Below, one piece after another: positions 25,701 through 38,399 of a stretch of 64,000 nucleotides of DNA (its first letter is position 1; every line of letters begins with the position of its first letter). The DNA is taken from positions 78,616,001 through 78,680,000 of the forward strand of contig NC_087445.1 in NCBI RefSeq assembly GCF_036321535.1, given 5' to 3'. Position numbers and translations under genes: made by a program. Origin of the DNA: Camelus dromedarius (taxonomy: Eukaryota). The notes under the pieces were generated by a model. It did not search any database and had not been told where the DNA came from. It worked only from the letters and a program-made list of their open reading frames with translations.

Positions 25701-28495
25701 AACGTTGTACTTATGTGGCCAGGTTTTCCAGAGGACGCTGGGCTTTTTTAGCAGGCTATTGAGCTGACTAGGTTCAGACCCCAAGTTCTGTCTCACAGCC
25801 CCGGGGCTGGGTGCCAGTGTCTCTTGGTTTTCAGCGTGCTGCCCCCCATGCTTTGCTCCTGCCGGCACAGGCACCCCTCAGGGGCTGGGGGTTCGCCTGA
25901 GAGCCGGGCTGAGGCTGAATCCTAGCTCCAGTCTCACTGTCCGTGCTGGGCTGCTCTGGATGTGAGACCAGAGTTTCTGTTGTCATCAGCAGGAGAGAGG
26001 GCTGCAGTGGTACCACCCTGCCACAGAAGGACTCAACTCTATTTTATTTTTGTTAAGAAGATAAAATCTCAATGTCCTTCTTCTTTGAGAGCCAGAACGA
26101 AGAAGCCTAATACACTGCCAGAGACAGCAGCCCACCGGCGTGAGGAAGCTCGCTGCCGCTGTCACAGAGAGCCCTGTCTCATGTCCACTCGTGAGGCCAG
26201 GCGGACAAAAATTCAGACAGGTGACACCTGGTGGACATGCAGTCTCCTGACGTGACTGTCCTCTGAAGTAAGCCAGGCAGACACCCCTTCCTCCAACAGC
26301 CCTGCACGGCGGAAGCACTGGGCGTCCAGCGCCGCGTGTACTCAGGGAGCTCCGGACTCAGTGACACGGCTTCTGCTTGGAGTCCCCTGGGCTCATTTCA
26401 AACCCTTTATAAAGAGAAGGCTGTCCCGTAAGAGAGCCACAACCACACCACAAGAAATACAAGCACAGGACAGCATGGAGCAGTCTGCTGTCGGGCGTCC
26501 AGCAGGGCGATGGGAGGCCCGCTGCAGGTTCCCTGCCCTCTTCGTGAGCCCAGGGATCCCAGCTCGGGCCCCCACACCGGTGTGGCACTTGGCGGCCTCT
26601 GCAGGCTCACAGAGGCAGAGGGTCTGTCTCAGACTCGGCCTCACCCCATCCAGGCCATCTCCACAGGGGCCTGTGTCGTCAGCACTCCCCCTACTCAGCA
26701 GCAAGCCAAGCAGCCAGGAGACCAGGAGGAGCGCGGGAGGGACGTGTCCACGAACCCCAATGAGGCAGATCTCATCTGTGTTCCAGAATCGGGGAGAAAA
26801 GTGTATGTGTATGTGTTTGGGGGGAGGGTGGGAAGAGGAAATGAGGACTTAGCAGCTGATGCTAAAAATAGCTCAAAATGACTTGTTGATTAGAAAAACG
26901 GTGCCCTCAACCTCACCTAGAATCGAGAAGCTTGAAAGCCACAGGAGAAGCTGCAGCCAGGTGCACACAGGCTTGGTACACGCCTGCACGTGTCTACAGA
27001 TGTCCCCTGCGGTGCCGGGCACCGCAGGAAACACTCATCGCAACCCGGATGCCAGCAGCGGGGCAGCAGCGCAGACGACTGACCAGAGCCACGTGTGCAC
27101 GTGGCGGGAACGTGTGCTGAAGACCCCACGCGGACCTCGGACACTGCAGGAGAGGGTAGGTAGCATGACGCCACTTAGGAGCTAGTCGTGAAAATCACAC
27201 CGCCTCCTTCAGAGCACCCGAGAAGATCCGGAAAAGCAGCTGCCCCCAGGAAAGGGCAGGCGGGGCTGAGCGGCACCGGCACTACAGCTGGCCTGAGTCC
27301 TGGCAGCCGGGCGGCCACACTCAACCTGGCCCACGGCGCACCCGAAATATTTCATAACGCGTCTGTAAAAACTAAAACAATGGGGGGTGGAACTGCAGGA
27401 AGGTGGTCAAGGGGCACAAGCTTCCGGCTGTAAGAGAAATAAGAGCCGGGGAGGTGACGGACGGCGGACTGCACGGCGGCTGCGGCCACCACTGGGTGTG
27501 TCTACAGGAAGGCCGGCGAGAGAGCAGGTCCTGAGAGCGCCCATCACAGACTTTTCCTTTTTCTCGCATCTACATGAGATGACGGATGTCAGCGAAGCCT
27601 CCTGTGGTGCCACTCACAACCACGTGAGTCAGACCACCATGCTGTGTGCCTTAGACCTTCACAGGGACAGGCGTCAGTGATTTCTCAACGAAACAGGAAA
27701 AATAAATAAATAAAAGAAGAATCAAAATCCCCTCAGTGTCAAAAGAACATATTGTTGCTTCAATTGGAAACACTCACGTAAAGCCCATCCCCATTAAAGA
27801 CGGAGTCTGCAGGGAAGGGCCCGTGTCTCCTCCCTGGTGGGGCACACGCTCTCCTCCGCTCTACTGAGAAGACACAGCCCTCAAAGAAGGAAAACGGGAG
27901 CTAGGCCCACATGACACACCAGCAACATTCTGGAAGCTGGGGGAACCGAAAGGCATGGTGGCGGCGGCTGGAGCCAAGGGGCCGTCTAATGAAAGCAGAA
28001 ACATTCTCTCTAGGGCTCGAAGCCAAGATATGGAGACCTAGGGTCCCGCGTGGGCCAGGTCCCCCCCACGCCCCGCATCTGCCCGCGGGGTTCTCCTGCA
28101 GACGGTGAGGCAGCCGGGCATGAGCACCAGGACCTGACACCTCACACCTGGGCTCGTGGACAGTGTCCCCCTGGTTGGGGTGCCCAGACTCCTCCACCTC
28201 CAAACCAGTCCACCCATAGCAGGAGACTGGCAGAGGCCTCTGTGGGACTCTGCCCTGAAAGCCAGAGAAAAGCCCCCTGGCCCTCCTGCTGGGACCTCCA
28301 GGGGATGAGCCCTGAGCACACGCGGGCTCACAGCCAACTGCCAAGTAGCTCACACCGTTTCTCTTTTTACAATGAAGCCACACAGCCACTGCTCAGGGGC
28401 AGGTGCAGGGCAATCCCAGCACCCAGAGTACCTTCCATCTCCCCGGAGCCCTAGACAACCTAACCCTGTCGGGCCGCATTAATCTGCCTCTGGTG

Positions 28496-28625
28496 CAGGG
28501 TGGGCAGCTCAGGGCGGAATCCCGCCCACCACCTGTTTCTGTGAATAAAGTTTCAAGGGAACACAGCCGCGCTCATTCACGCTGGGACGGCAGAGCTGAC
28601 GCTGTGGTAGCGCCTGCATGGCTGG
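28496..28625 (+). mobile_element. MER58A-like hAT-Charlie MITE fragment
   Basis: CCACCTGTTTCTGTGAATAAAGTTTCAAGGGAACACAGCCGCGCTCATTC resembles the MER58A core. Confidence 0.65.
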
Positions 28626-31388
28626 CCTCCTCAGGGCTCTGTCAGCCGCCTGCGGCCATCTGAGCCTCCCTCACTTGTGTCTGAGCCTCCAGGAGGCGCC
28701 CTCGGCCAGCCTCTCGGGCACGCACTTCTGCCCGGCTAGTTTGCGTTGGCTATGCAGCCAGGCGGGCACAGGCGTCCCTCTTGCACGAGTGGACCGCTGG
28801 GGACAGGGAACGCCCAGATTGAAACGTGAGAGCAAATAAACAGACGAGAAAAGAGCCAGAGATGACGCGGGGAGCAAAGAAACCTCATCTTACTTCACCC
28901 ACGAGAACTATTCACTGAGGAAAAGAAGCTCCTGAAACAAACAATATGACAGAAACTAAAAGCTCAATGGAAGATTTGGAGAGTAAAGCTAAGAAACCTC
29001 CTAAAAGTACAAAAGAAAGAAAAAGTGTAGAATGAAGATAATTCTAGATCCGTAAGGCTGCAAACTTGTCTCCCTTGAGCCCTCCACAAGGACCCAGCAG
29101 AGGGTTTGCTCTGCCAAACAAGGAGACCAGGAAAGGGGAGGTGGGAGCCAGGCCCAGGAGGGAAGACAGGACACCGGGAGGCTGGGCTGCACGGTCCGGA
29201 AGGTCAGACGGAGACAAAGGACAGGGCCCAGGGGCTTCTCCGACTCACAGAGCACTGGGCCAGGGAGCCAAGCACACGATGTACAGAAAACTCAGCAAAT
29301 GAAAAATGAGGCAACTGTTAACTCCAGGGAAAATGGAAAGGAACTCCCCTCCAGGCCCCACAGGTTCGGCTGTCGACAGTGTCCTGCAGGTGGAAGGAGA
29401 CAGAGAGGCCAGTAGGGCACTTTTCGCAGCAGGAAGTCGACACGAATCTAAGATGAGAGAATTACAAAGCAGCAAGAGCAGCAGGCTGTGCAGAGGAGCC
29501 GGCAAGAGCTGGAAGAGGCCCTTCTGGGGCGGGACGGTGGCACAGACAGCTGCAGTCACAAAGCGCCAAGTGTGTTCTAAGGATTTGTTCAGGTTATTTT
29601 GGTAAGAATAAAAATTTTTTAAAATAACAAACACAACAAACGTCCGGTAAGGCAAAACTGATGTCCTTCCAAATGATCATTTACGCCAATATAGAATTAT
29701 TTTCTCCCAAACATCGCCCCATTCTCTTCTCCCCACCCCACCCAGGAAACAAGACTCCTGCCCCTGGGAGGGGCTGTGCGACACTGACGCTGGACGAAGT
29801 GACTGCGGAGGATGGGGGACAGCGGGTAACGCCCCACGGTGCTGCCACCAACGGCGCTCCACCCAAAGTCACAGTGGACCAGGACGCCGGGAACAAGAAA
29901 TAAGAGAAGGGCTCTAACCCCGTTCGTTCCAAAGCTACTTGAGGGGGAGAGGTGCAGAGCCAAATAAGGCCCTAACCTACCTGCACATGGATGCAGCACA
30001 TCCAGGCCTCCTGGCCGCTCAGACCCACAGAACACCTCAGATTCAGACGTGCAGCAGCCCCACAGAGTCACCCTCTCTGGCCCAACCTGCACATCCAGGT
30101 ACCCCTCCCAGCACAACGCTCCAGGCAGGAGGGGGTCCCTCTCCCCCTGGCCAAGCGCCTTACGAAGACATACCAGGTCCTGCAGGAAGACAGTGCATGC
30201 CTCCACCCAGGCCCCCAAACAGCTCAAAGCACGTATCTGCTGGTCTGACAGGGGCGGGAAGGATACACTGGACACCCCCAAAGCCTCTGTTTGGGGCCTG
30301 TCATGCACGTCACACACCAGAACTTAAGGCTGGACTGGAGGACACCCACAGTGGTCCCACCAAAGTGAGTGTCACACAGCTACCCCGACAGCTGGCCCTG
30401 CATGGGTGCACCCTTGCCAAGGTTCTGCCTGATTGCCCTCGAGATCGTGCAGTGTCTGGAGAGACTGAGGTGCAAGCCGCCTCACACACAGCTGAAGATA
30501 AAAGCAAAAGGCACAACATCCAAGGACAAGATTAAAGTCAAACACACCTGAGTTACAGAGGTGCATGCATTTATCAAAACTCAGCTACATACACTTGATT
30601 TGTTTTATCATATGCAGATCTCGCTCAGAAGAAAAAGAAAATTAAACAACACTAAATTCTAGTTAATGGGGAGGGAATGTGGCACCCTGAGCTGAGATTT
30701 TTTTGTAGCTGGTGATGAGCATATAGATTGATTTTACTATTTTGTCTACTTTTGAACATGGTTTCATAGTTGAAATATTCCCTGATAAAAAGTTTAAAAT
30801 TCACAAGCTAACATGAGATGCCATGTTTTAACTGACTGGACTAGCAAAGATCAAACATGAATGGCTCCCTAGTTGGTTAAGGATGAAAACCAAGCACCCC
30901 ACACATGCCTGGTGGTTCAGCCTTTGTGTGGGGTGGGAAGTGTATCCCCTGACCCAGCAAGTCTCCTAAGGACTTGCCCTACAGACTGGCCCTCAAATGC
31001 AAGAAACACTGTCCGCACGAGACCACTCACTGCAATAACGAACGGCAAGAGCTTGGTCAACCGAGAGATGCCAGTCAGCAGAGACCCAGGGGGGCCTCAT
31101 GGGAAGGGGCCTCGGGCAGGAGGCAGGGAGAGAACGCTCTCACCGTGGGACGCCTCATGCCTCTGAAGCTTGAAGCACATGCACGTGTGACCCGCCCAAA
31201 GAATAACCATCTAAGAGCCAACACCAAGCTCTCCTGCAACACCCAGGCACAGCTGTTCCCTGGCACACAGCTGACCGGGGATCCTCCTGTCCTGGGTCAG
31301 CTCTCGTCCCTGGAGTGCTGGCCGTGGTGCTGAGGGGCCTGTTGTCCGAGCGAGTCTGGGCAGGCAGGGGCGGGGGGGGGATACTCAC

Positions 31389-31469
31389 CGTGATGACGTC
31401 CAGGACACTGAGAAGACTGTGGACGCTGTCTCCAGCCAGAACCTCTTTGACCACCACCTCAGTGCCATC
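31389..31469 (-). CDS. PNPLA7: PNPLA7 coding exon 8 ([27 protein letters not shown])
   Basis: 81 nt, CAG/GTGAGT boundaries. Confidence 0.97.
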
Positions 31470-32707
31470 CTGCACTTGGGAAGCAGAGCCGAGTTATCCA
31501 CTGTGTGAGGCCAGGCCAGACCCAGGCCAGCTGGGCAAACCAACTGCTACCACCGCTGCTCCAGGGGGGCAAAGGTCGCTCCGAGCAGACTTGTGGGAAT
31601 GCGGTATGAACAGCTCAAAAGCAGAGGGCAGAAGAAATGAGGATGAGGCACAGGAACAAAGAAGCCAGCCCAGCATGGCCTCTCGGCCCCGTGGCTTGTC
31701 ACTGCTGGGTTGATTGCCTGAGTGAGTTTGCTGGCCTAACTAAAAGGGCTGTGAGGACCAAATTTAGTTATTCTCAGCATAAATAATAGCATTTTGACAT
31801 ATCATTCCTCTGGATTAAGAGAAAGAAAGCCCTGCAACGCTGGTGATTTAATACAAGAACTTCATCTCAGCACAACCCAGGAAAACCCCTCTGAACTTGT
31901 TCAAACCCAGCACTGGTCAGTGTCCATGAGCCCGTCCATCTGGCCCAGAGGCTAGGCGTTTGTGGGGAAGGCCTCCCAGCTGGATGACACTGAGGCCCCA
32001 TCTGGAGGCCATTTCCTTTCTAATTACCCCATTAGGTCGGCGCAGACAAAGCTGCACCTGTGAAAACCATGCCCTAACAATGCCATGGTCGAGAAGCCCG
32101 AAGGACACACAGGCGCCCTCCTGGGTCAGGGCCCCTGGGGCCGGCAGGTGGGGACTTTCAGGAGGCCCGGGATTCCGTAAGTGTCTATGGCGGGAAGCCT
32201 GGGTTAGTTCCCGCCTGGAAAGCAACACACCCTTAGCAGGCCTGGCCTGGAGGTCACCCCCTGGCAACTGTGATTCACGGGTATAATCCCACAGAGGAAG
32301 GAAGCAAGAAGTCAGCGTCCAGCTGAATTAACTTGATGAGAGTTAAAATTAATTATAATCTGAAGGCTGAAAATAGGCCGGGATGTGACCGATCATGGCA
32401 GATCAGCACTCAACCACTGAGGTTTCCGAGGACGTGGGAGAGACTTTTCAAAACGCTTCCAGCCTTGGCAGTGAAGTGCAGAGGTGAGCCCGGCGCATGG
32501 AAGCACGTGTGCAGGCGGAAGTGAGAGCGCCCACAGCAGCAGCTGCGCCCCGCCTGCGGGTCGGAGCCTGCCTTCTCCCCACAGAGCTAAAACTTGAAGT
32601 TTCGCACTAACTTGTCAATGGAAAACAGAAACAAGTTTGAAGCTGGCCGACCTCCGAGTGAACACATGATAGACCCCTAGCCTGCCCGCCAAGCCTGAGG
32701 CCCTCAC

Positions 32708-32867
32708 CGTGTCCTGGGTGCAGACTTCCAGCCGCCCGTCCTGCACCACGTAGACGCTGGTGTCTGGCTCCCCTGGCCGGAAGACATACTCCCCTTCGAG
32801 AAGCTGCACAAAGACCATGTGTTTGCAAAGTTCCAGGAACAGAGGCTTCTCAAAGTGACCCAGGACC
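32708..32867 (-). CDS. PNPLA7: PNPLA7 coding exon 7 ([16 protein letters not shown]...EVCTQDT), cNMP domain 1
   Basis: 160 nt, phase 2-0, canonical splice sites. Confidence 0.97.
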
Positions 32868-33457
32868 CTACAAGAAACAGAGCGCACGTGGGACACCTTC
32901 CGGGAAGGAGGGAAGGAGAGGAGGATGGGAACAGGCCACCCACCCTGCCGGCCAGACCACAGAGCCAGCTTTCAGGGTCTGCAGAGCCCACAGCACAAGC
33001 GCCTGGAATCACCATCAGGGCAGAAGCTCAGACTCAGGAATTCCCCTAGCCGTTTTCCCATCAGCTCACAGAACCCCCTAGCCACGACTGTGAGCTGGAA
33101 CCAGACGCACAACCAATGGCCGGGAAGGAAGAGCCAGCGGAGGAGGGTGTCCAGGGAGGCGGGGGCCAGACGCTCGACCTCCCATCAGCCACGTGCTTCC
33201 CGCACTCCCTGCACCCCCCTGAAGATGAAAACGCCAACAAGCAACAGACACACAGAGAAGAACCGACCAGGAGGCTCTGCTCACCGCCCGGAGGGCAGAC
33301 ACGGCAAGAGGAAAGGAGCTTTGCCGACCGATGAGAGAGATGTTCACACACTGGGGTCTGGGGACGCCGCTCCGGCTTACACGTGGGTTAATGTGAATGT
33401 GACGCTGACCACAGCAGCCTGCGTGCGGCCCATCCAGCAAGCACTGTGCATCTGCTT

Positions 33458-33826
33458 TCGTTATTAAAGGAAAGGGTCAGGGGTGAAGGGCGTCCAGGCT
33501 GAAACTAAAGACCAAGTGCCCCTCCTCCTGGGACGCCAGTGCCGGCCCTCCTTCGATGCTGACTCCCTTCCGGGTGCCAGGGCCACACCGACTCACTGTG
33601 TCGTGTTGATGTGGTTTTTTGGAAACCTTGAAGGAAAGTATCCCTGACTTATTTGATGTTCTTTGCTCTGACAAGGCATAAAACTGTGCTGAAAACTATG
33701 CTTCTCTGGAGCAGCTCCTCAGAGTTATCTGTGAGGCTGTCTTTCCGGCTACAGTTCTTAGGTTGGTCTCAATAAAACTGTTTTCTATTCCTGTTACAAA
33801 CTGTTTATTGATTACTTTCATTGACA
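33458..33826 (+). mobile_element. Probable solo ERV1-type LTR
   Basis: TATA-like CATAAAA, AATAAA at 33771-33776, U5-like T-rich end terminating in TTGACA; left boundary and TSD uncertain. Confidence 0.45.
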
Positions 33827-33934
33827 CAAGCATCAGCGGCCACAGGGAAAGGAAACCTCGGAGGCCAGGCCAAAGGCAGTCCCCTGGCACAGCGCAGGCA
33901 CACACAGGCCTCCCGTGTCCACCTCCTCTCTTAC

Positions 33935-34075
33935 CGAACATTTTTCAGCATGTACAAAACTTCTGACGGCAGGTGGGAGTTCTTCACGTCAAACTCCGTG
34001 AGGTCAGCCTCCAGCAGGGAGGGCGGGGGCTCCTTTGGCTGCAGGGTGGGGTACTCCTTCCTGAAACGTAGAATC
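33935..34075 (-). CDS. PNPLA7: PNPLA7 coding exon 6 ([10 protein letters not shown]...EVLYMLKNV)
   Basis: 141 nt, phase 2-2, TAG/GTAAG boundaries. Confidence 0.97.
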
Positions 34076-34225
34076 CTACAAAGCAGAGACAGGTGCACCT
34101 GGAGGAGAAGCCCACAGGGTTCAAAAGCAGACAGGGAAGCCGCAGGCAGGACATGCGTAGGCTCGCTAGTGCCCATGGGGGAAGGTGGCTGGGATGAGAT
34201 GTGGTCTGAAGGGCACTCCCAGTAC

Positions 34226-34317
34226 CTCTTGGCCAAAGACAGCACCTTGGTCCTCTTCCTCACCCGCTGCCTGGGGGCGGGTGTGCTCCCCACAAGTGTG
34301 TGGGGGAGTGTGGTCAC
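34226..34317 (-). CDS. PNPLA7: PNPLA7 coding exon 5 ([10 protein letters not shown]...[10 protein letters not shown])
   Basis: 92 nt, phase 0-2, canonical splice sites. Confidence 0.96.
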
Positions 34318-35680
34318 CTGCAGGGTGAAAGGGGGAGGCCAAGTCTGCATCCTGCCACTGGCCAGATCCAATTCTCAGCCTCAGGGTCAGTCCCAGCCCT
34401 CAGGACCTGCCCCACCTCTAGGCCTGACGCCAGCCTCCGAAGTCTGGCCCCACCCTGCCCACCTGCCCAGGAGAAGAGAACAATCCTTGGTGCTGTTGAC
34501 AATGATGCTGCACGGCTGTGTCCCCAAACAGCCAGGGCTCTGATAGCCTGAGTCCCCAGGCCTGTGTCCCCTTGGCCTGAGGTGGATGCTCCCTACCTCA
34601 CACCCATCAGGCTGGCATGGTGACCCCTCCCCTCCAACCCAAGTGCCCTGGTCTGGAAACCTCTTCACCCTTCCTCATGGCCAAGGCCCAGTGGACTGCC
34701 CTGAACATGGTGCTGAGCAGCACAGAGGGCCTGGCCCCAACCTGGGTATTGGCCGGCCCCCTTGCACAGCCACTGCCCCCTGCTGTCCCTCAGCTCCCCG
34801 TGGTGCCAGCTGTGGTTGTCAGGGTATCCTTCCCTCCAGGGTGCCCCAGCACCTTAGCTCAGCCAGCTCACTGCTGCACAGGCCACAGTGGGACCACCAA
34901 GGGACAGATCCCCCATCCAGCCACACACCAGGCCTTTGAGACCTGATCGGGGTCACTCGTGTGGCCCTGCCTGAGCCTGCGGCAGGCCCGCTCACCATCC
35001 CTGCACCAGAGCTGGCCCCTGCCACACGGAACAGGCTGCAGGGACCACAGCCTATCAGCAGCTTCCACTGAGCGTCCCTGCCCCTGCCTGACACTGGTGA
35101 GGGTCCACGAGAGGACACACCCAGGACCCCTGTCTGATAGTTCAAGTTCTCTGCAAAGAGCATGGATTGACCGGATTAACCGAGTAACCTGAGAAAAGTA
35201 GCAAATGGAAGATATTTATAATAGCAGCAAATATTGTAAGCGTGCACTGTAAGCACAGTGAGGCTCGGGCAGTCTGATGAGCCTCTTCTGCCCTCAGTGG
35301 GTAGGAGGGGGCTGGGGCCAACCCGCAAAGTCTGTACCAGGTTGCTTATCCCCAGGACAGGTGCCTGACACTGGAAAGTGAGGCCCTGCAGCTGCCACCT
35401 CGTGGGTCCTGGCCCTAAATCCTGGCAGGATGACCAACCCTAGCCCCAGAGCCAGGCCCCTCTGTGCCATGCACTCCAGGGAAGCTCCCGAGAGGGGCTC
35501 TGCCCTCTTTCCCAGCTCATGTCCCCTCTCATCTCCAAGGCTGCAACCCAGACCTTCCAAGCTCTGGAGCCCCGCCCAGCCCCAGGCACAGGCCAGCAGG
35601 AGCCAAGGCGTCTGAGGGGTGGAGGCCGGGGTGTTGCAGGAGGAGGGCGGCCTATGTGCCGGGGCCGCAGCACCAGTTAC

Positions 35681-35760
35681 CTTCCTCATGATCTTCCTGC
35701 CGTAGAACATCACTTTGTCTCTCTTCCGGAACCTGTACTGAGGAGTGGGCTGCACCTGTC
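35681..35760 (-). CDS. PNPLA7: PNPLA7 coding exon 4 ([26 protein letters not shown])
   Basis: 80 nt, conserved NTE-family motif, CAG/GTAACT boundaries. Confidence 0.97.
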
Positions 35761-36138
35761 CTGCAAGGGGAGCCAAGGGGCCGCCTGAGCCCAGCCAGGC
35801 CGCCGCAGGGCAGCGCTCTGCAGGCTGAGCTTGCTCTGCCCCTGCGGCGCCACGCAGCATCTTGCCCCAGGGCTGCGACACACTGTGCAGAGGAAGCGGG
35901 AACTGTGTCTCTTCTTGGAAGTGACAGCCAGGAAAGTTGAGAACCGACTCAAAGTCTCATGGATTCGACGTGCTCAGCCTCAGCCTGGACTGGCCAGCAG
36001 TTTCCGACAAATGCCACCACAGGCTTGAGAGCTGCCAGCAGCAGCTCAAAACACGTGGCAAGTCACCCAAACCTCCCCCATCCCTCCAAGCCCTCCTCCC
36101 CTTCCCTCTAGAGCCAGAGTCTGAAGCAAGATACTCAC

Positions 36139-36226
36139 GGAATCGGCTAACCCTTCTGTATACAAAAAAGATGGTGATGCCAACAAGAGTCAGGGCCAGG
36201 AGAACTCCAATGGCAACCCCCACCAG
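36139..36226 (-). CDS. PNPLA7: PNPLA7 coding exon 3, transmembrane helix (LVGVAIGVLLALTLVGITIFFVYRRVSRF)
   Basis: 88 nt, AG/GTGAGT boundaries, hydrophobic stretch followed by basic residues. Confidence 0.95.
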
Positions 36227-36376
36227 CTGGGCGAGATCACAGACAGAGCACCCATCAGCAAGGCCGCCATGACCCTCCCAACCCCAGCTGGGCACAAAGG
36301 GCCCCGAGCAGCCAAGGGTGAAACAGGCTGTAGGTCCCGGGGCCCACCCGTCACCCAGAGCACGTGAGGTGGTTAC

Positions 36377-36451
36377 CATGGTGGACTGGGAATGCTGCTC
36401 CGTCAGCTGCAGGCCCCAGGACCAGAGGGTGGCCCCCAGAGAGAAGCCCTC
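36377..36451 (-). CDS. PNPLA7: PNPLA7 coding exon 2 (EGFSLGATLWSWGLQLTEQHSQSTM), 75 nt, phase 0-0
   Basis: CAG| acceptor and ATG|GTAACC donor; 25 aa resembling the human cassette ADFCLGTALHSWGLWFTEEGSPSTM. Confidence 0.85.
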
Positions 36452-37649
36452 CTGGAGGAGAAGGCTGCCATCAGGGAGGGCCGGGACCAGCACAGCCCTG
36501 ACCTCCCAAGGCAGTGAGAACAGAGCTGCGCGTAGGGAGAAGTCAGCAGCCCTGGAGTCCTCCAGAAAGAGGCCACCTTCCAGGATGCTAAGGCCCTCTA
36601 GCACACCTGCTCAGGGGAAGGGCACCCTGGGAACGGCTGGGGCCAGCCACTGTGCTGCAGTGACAAACGCTCTGGGCATCATCAATGCATCTGAGTCCTG
36701 AATCCTCAGCTTTCCAGGTCCTTAGGCACAAGTCCAGAGGAGTGAGCCCAGCCGGCCACAGGGGGTGCAAGGGCCACCCCTCAGTGCCCTCTGGTCACCA
36801 GCAGGACCACGCGCTGCTGGCCCCAGGCCAGACAGAAGCCCACACACCAGCAGGGCTGAGAAACCCCAAGGAGCCGACTGGATTTTGAGAACATTAAAGT
36901 CCAGCTCACAGCGGAGAAGGGCTACCAGGGAAGGAGTCAATGGGGGCTTCAGAAGTCCAGACCCCAGGGAGGGAGGGAGGAAGGTAAGCGAGAGTGACTG
37001 TGGGATGGTGAGTGGGCACTCACACAGAGGATGCCGGCTGAGGATGGAAATGACAAGAAACCAGCCAAACAAGTAGCTCTTCTCCTCTCCTCCTGGTACC
37101 CACACTCCTCCTCCCAAGCAGCCAGGAACAGGATAGGGCTGGGGTGGAGGGCTTTTGTTAACCTCTCAAGTTCCTACATAAGTGCCAAGGACTAAAGCAG
37201 CCTTCCCAGTCTTCCAGAGAGCCGGGATCACACACAGCGTCGTGTGATCCTTGGAGCTCAACCACCACTTGGGGGGCAGCCAGGGCTGTCCAGGGAGGGG
37301 TCGCAGAGGTGCCCCATGACCTATTTACAATCTCCTGTGGTTGGGCATCTCAGAATTTTCAGCTTTTCAGAGTGGTTGCAATGCATTTAATTTTCTGATT
37401 TAGGAATAAAGGCCTTTGTGATGTGGCTACAGATGTCCCACTGGGAAAAGGCCTTGAGTCAAAAAGCAAGCAGGCTGCCTCAGGGGAAGCAGGAACTGAC
37501 AAGTGTGCTCTTGGGGACAAGGAGGGAGGGCCTCAGCCCTGACAAGGGGAACAGGGGCCCCACATGCCACTCCCACACACTGCAGGCTTGAAGGAGCTGC
37601 CGGCAGGGCAGATGTTAAAAGGACACTCTCTCCTCATCCAGAAATGTAC

Positions 37650-37679
37650 CTCTGGGCCCGCGTCCTCCTCTTGCTCCAT
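37650..37679 (-). CDS. PNPLA7: PNPLA7 coding exon 1 (MEQEEDAGPE)
   Basis: ATG at 37679; 10 codons resembling human MEEEKDDSPQ; donor GAG|GTACAT; polypyrimidine/AG acceptor just before 37681. Confidence 0.85.
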
Positions 37680-38399
37680 AGCTAGAAGTGAAACAAACAA
37701 AGTGAAAAGAAGAAAGGCTGGTTCCGAGCGAGTGGCCCCCCGCCTCATGCTCACGTGCAGAGCAGCCCGTCCCCTGGGCTCCTTTCCACATTCTCACTGA
37801 GAGGAAAACCCTGATGAAAAACTGTTCTCCGTGAAGAGAAACTCATTTCAGAAGCAATCAGGGTCACTTTCCTTTCAGTAAATAGCCCTGGTGCGAATGC
37901 CCAGGAGCCCAGAACTGCAGCCAAGCCTGGGGCTCCTCTCTTCGCCAGGCCAGTAAAGGGCAAGCGAGGCCGCAGTTCCGGGCCTCGGGCGGGCACTGGG
38001 GCTGGGGCGGGGTGTGCGGCCATGGCCCGCTGTGAGCCAGACCCTTCCTAGTGGCCTGTGCCAGAGGGTTTCCCATCTGTGGCTGAGCCCTGGCGTTGGG
38101 TGTGTGGGTCCAAGGGGTGGCGAGCTCGGGGACCAGCCCTGCACACCTGGCTTCTGGGCCCTGGGGAGGAGCCAGGTCTAGGCCTTCACCCTGTGGCTCC
38201 CAGGCCCCTTAGAAGGGCAACAGCAAGAGAGGGTTTGTCTCTTCCAAAATCCCACCCAGAGAAGTCAGGGAGCAGAAGGCAGGTGCGGGGTCTCGGTGCC
38301 TTTGCTCACCGGTCAGACGTCCTGGGTCTGCCCTGTCCCAGGGAAACCCTTTCTTCTCAGATTCTCCTTAAGGGCCAGCAGCTCCCTGACCCCACTCTG

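Noticed and set aside
23204-31388. Possible duplicated or mutually exclusive PNPLA6-like exon (GHQHPQRTV type) in the 8-kb intron
   Set aside because: I found no matching sequence; the intron is explained mainly by repeat relics.
35164-35189. Triple 9-mer GGATTGACC-GGATTAACC-GAGTAACC
   Set aside because: Too short and degenerate to separate from chance micro-duplication.
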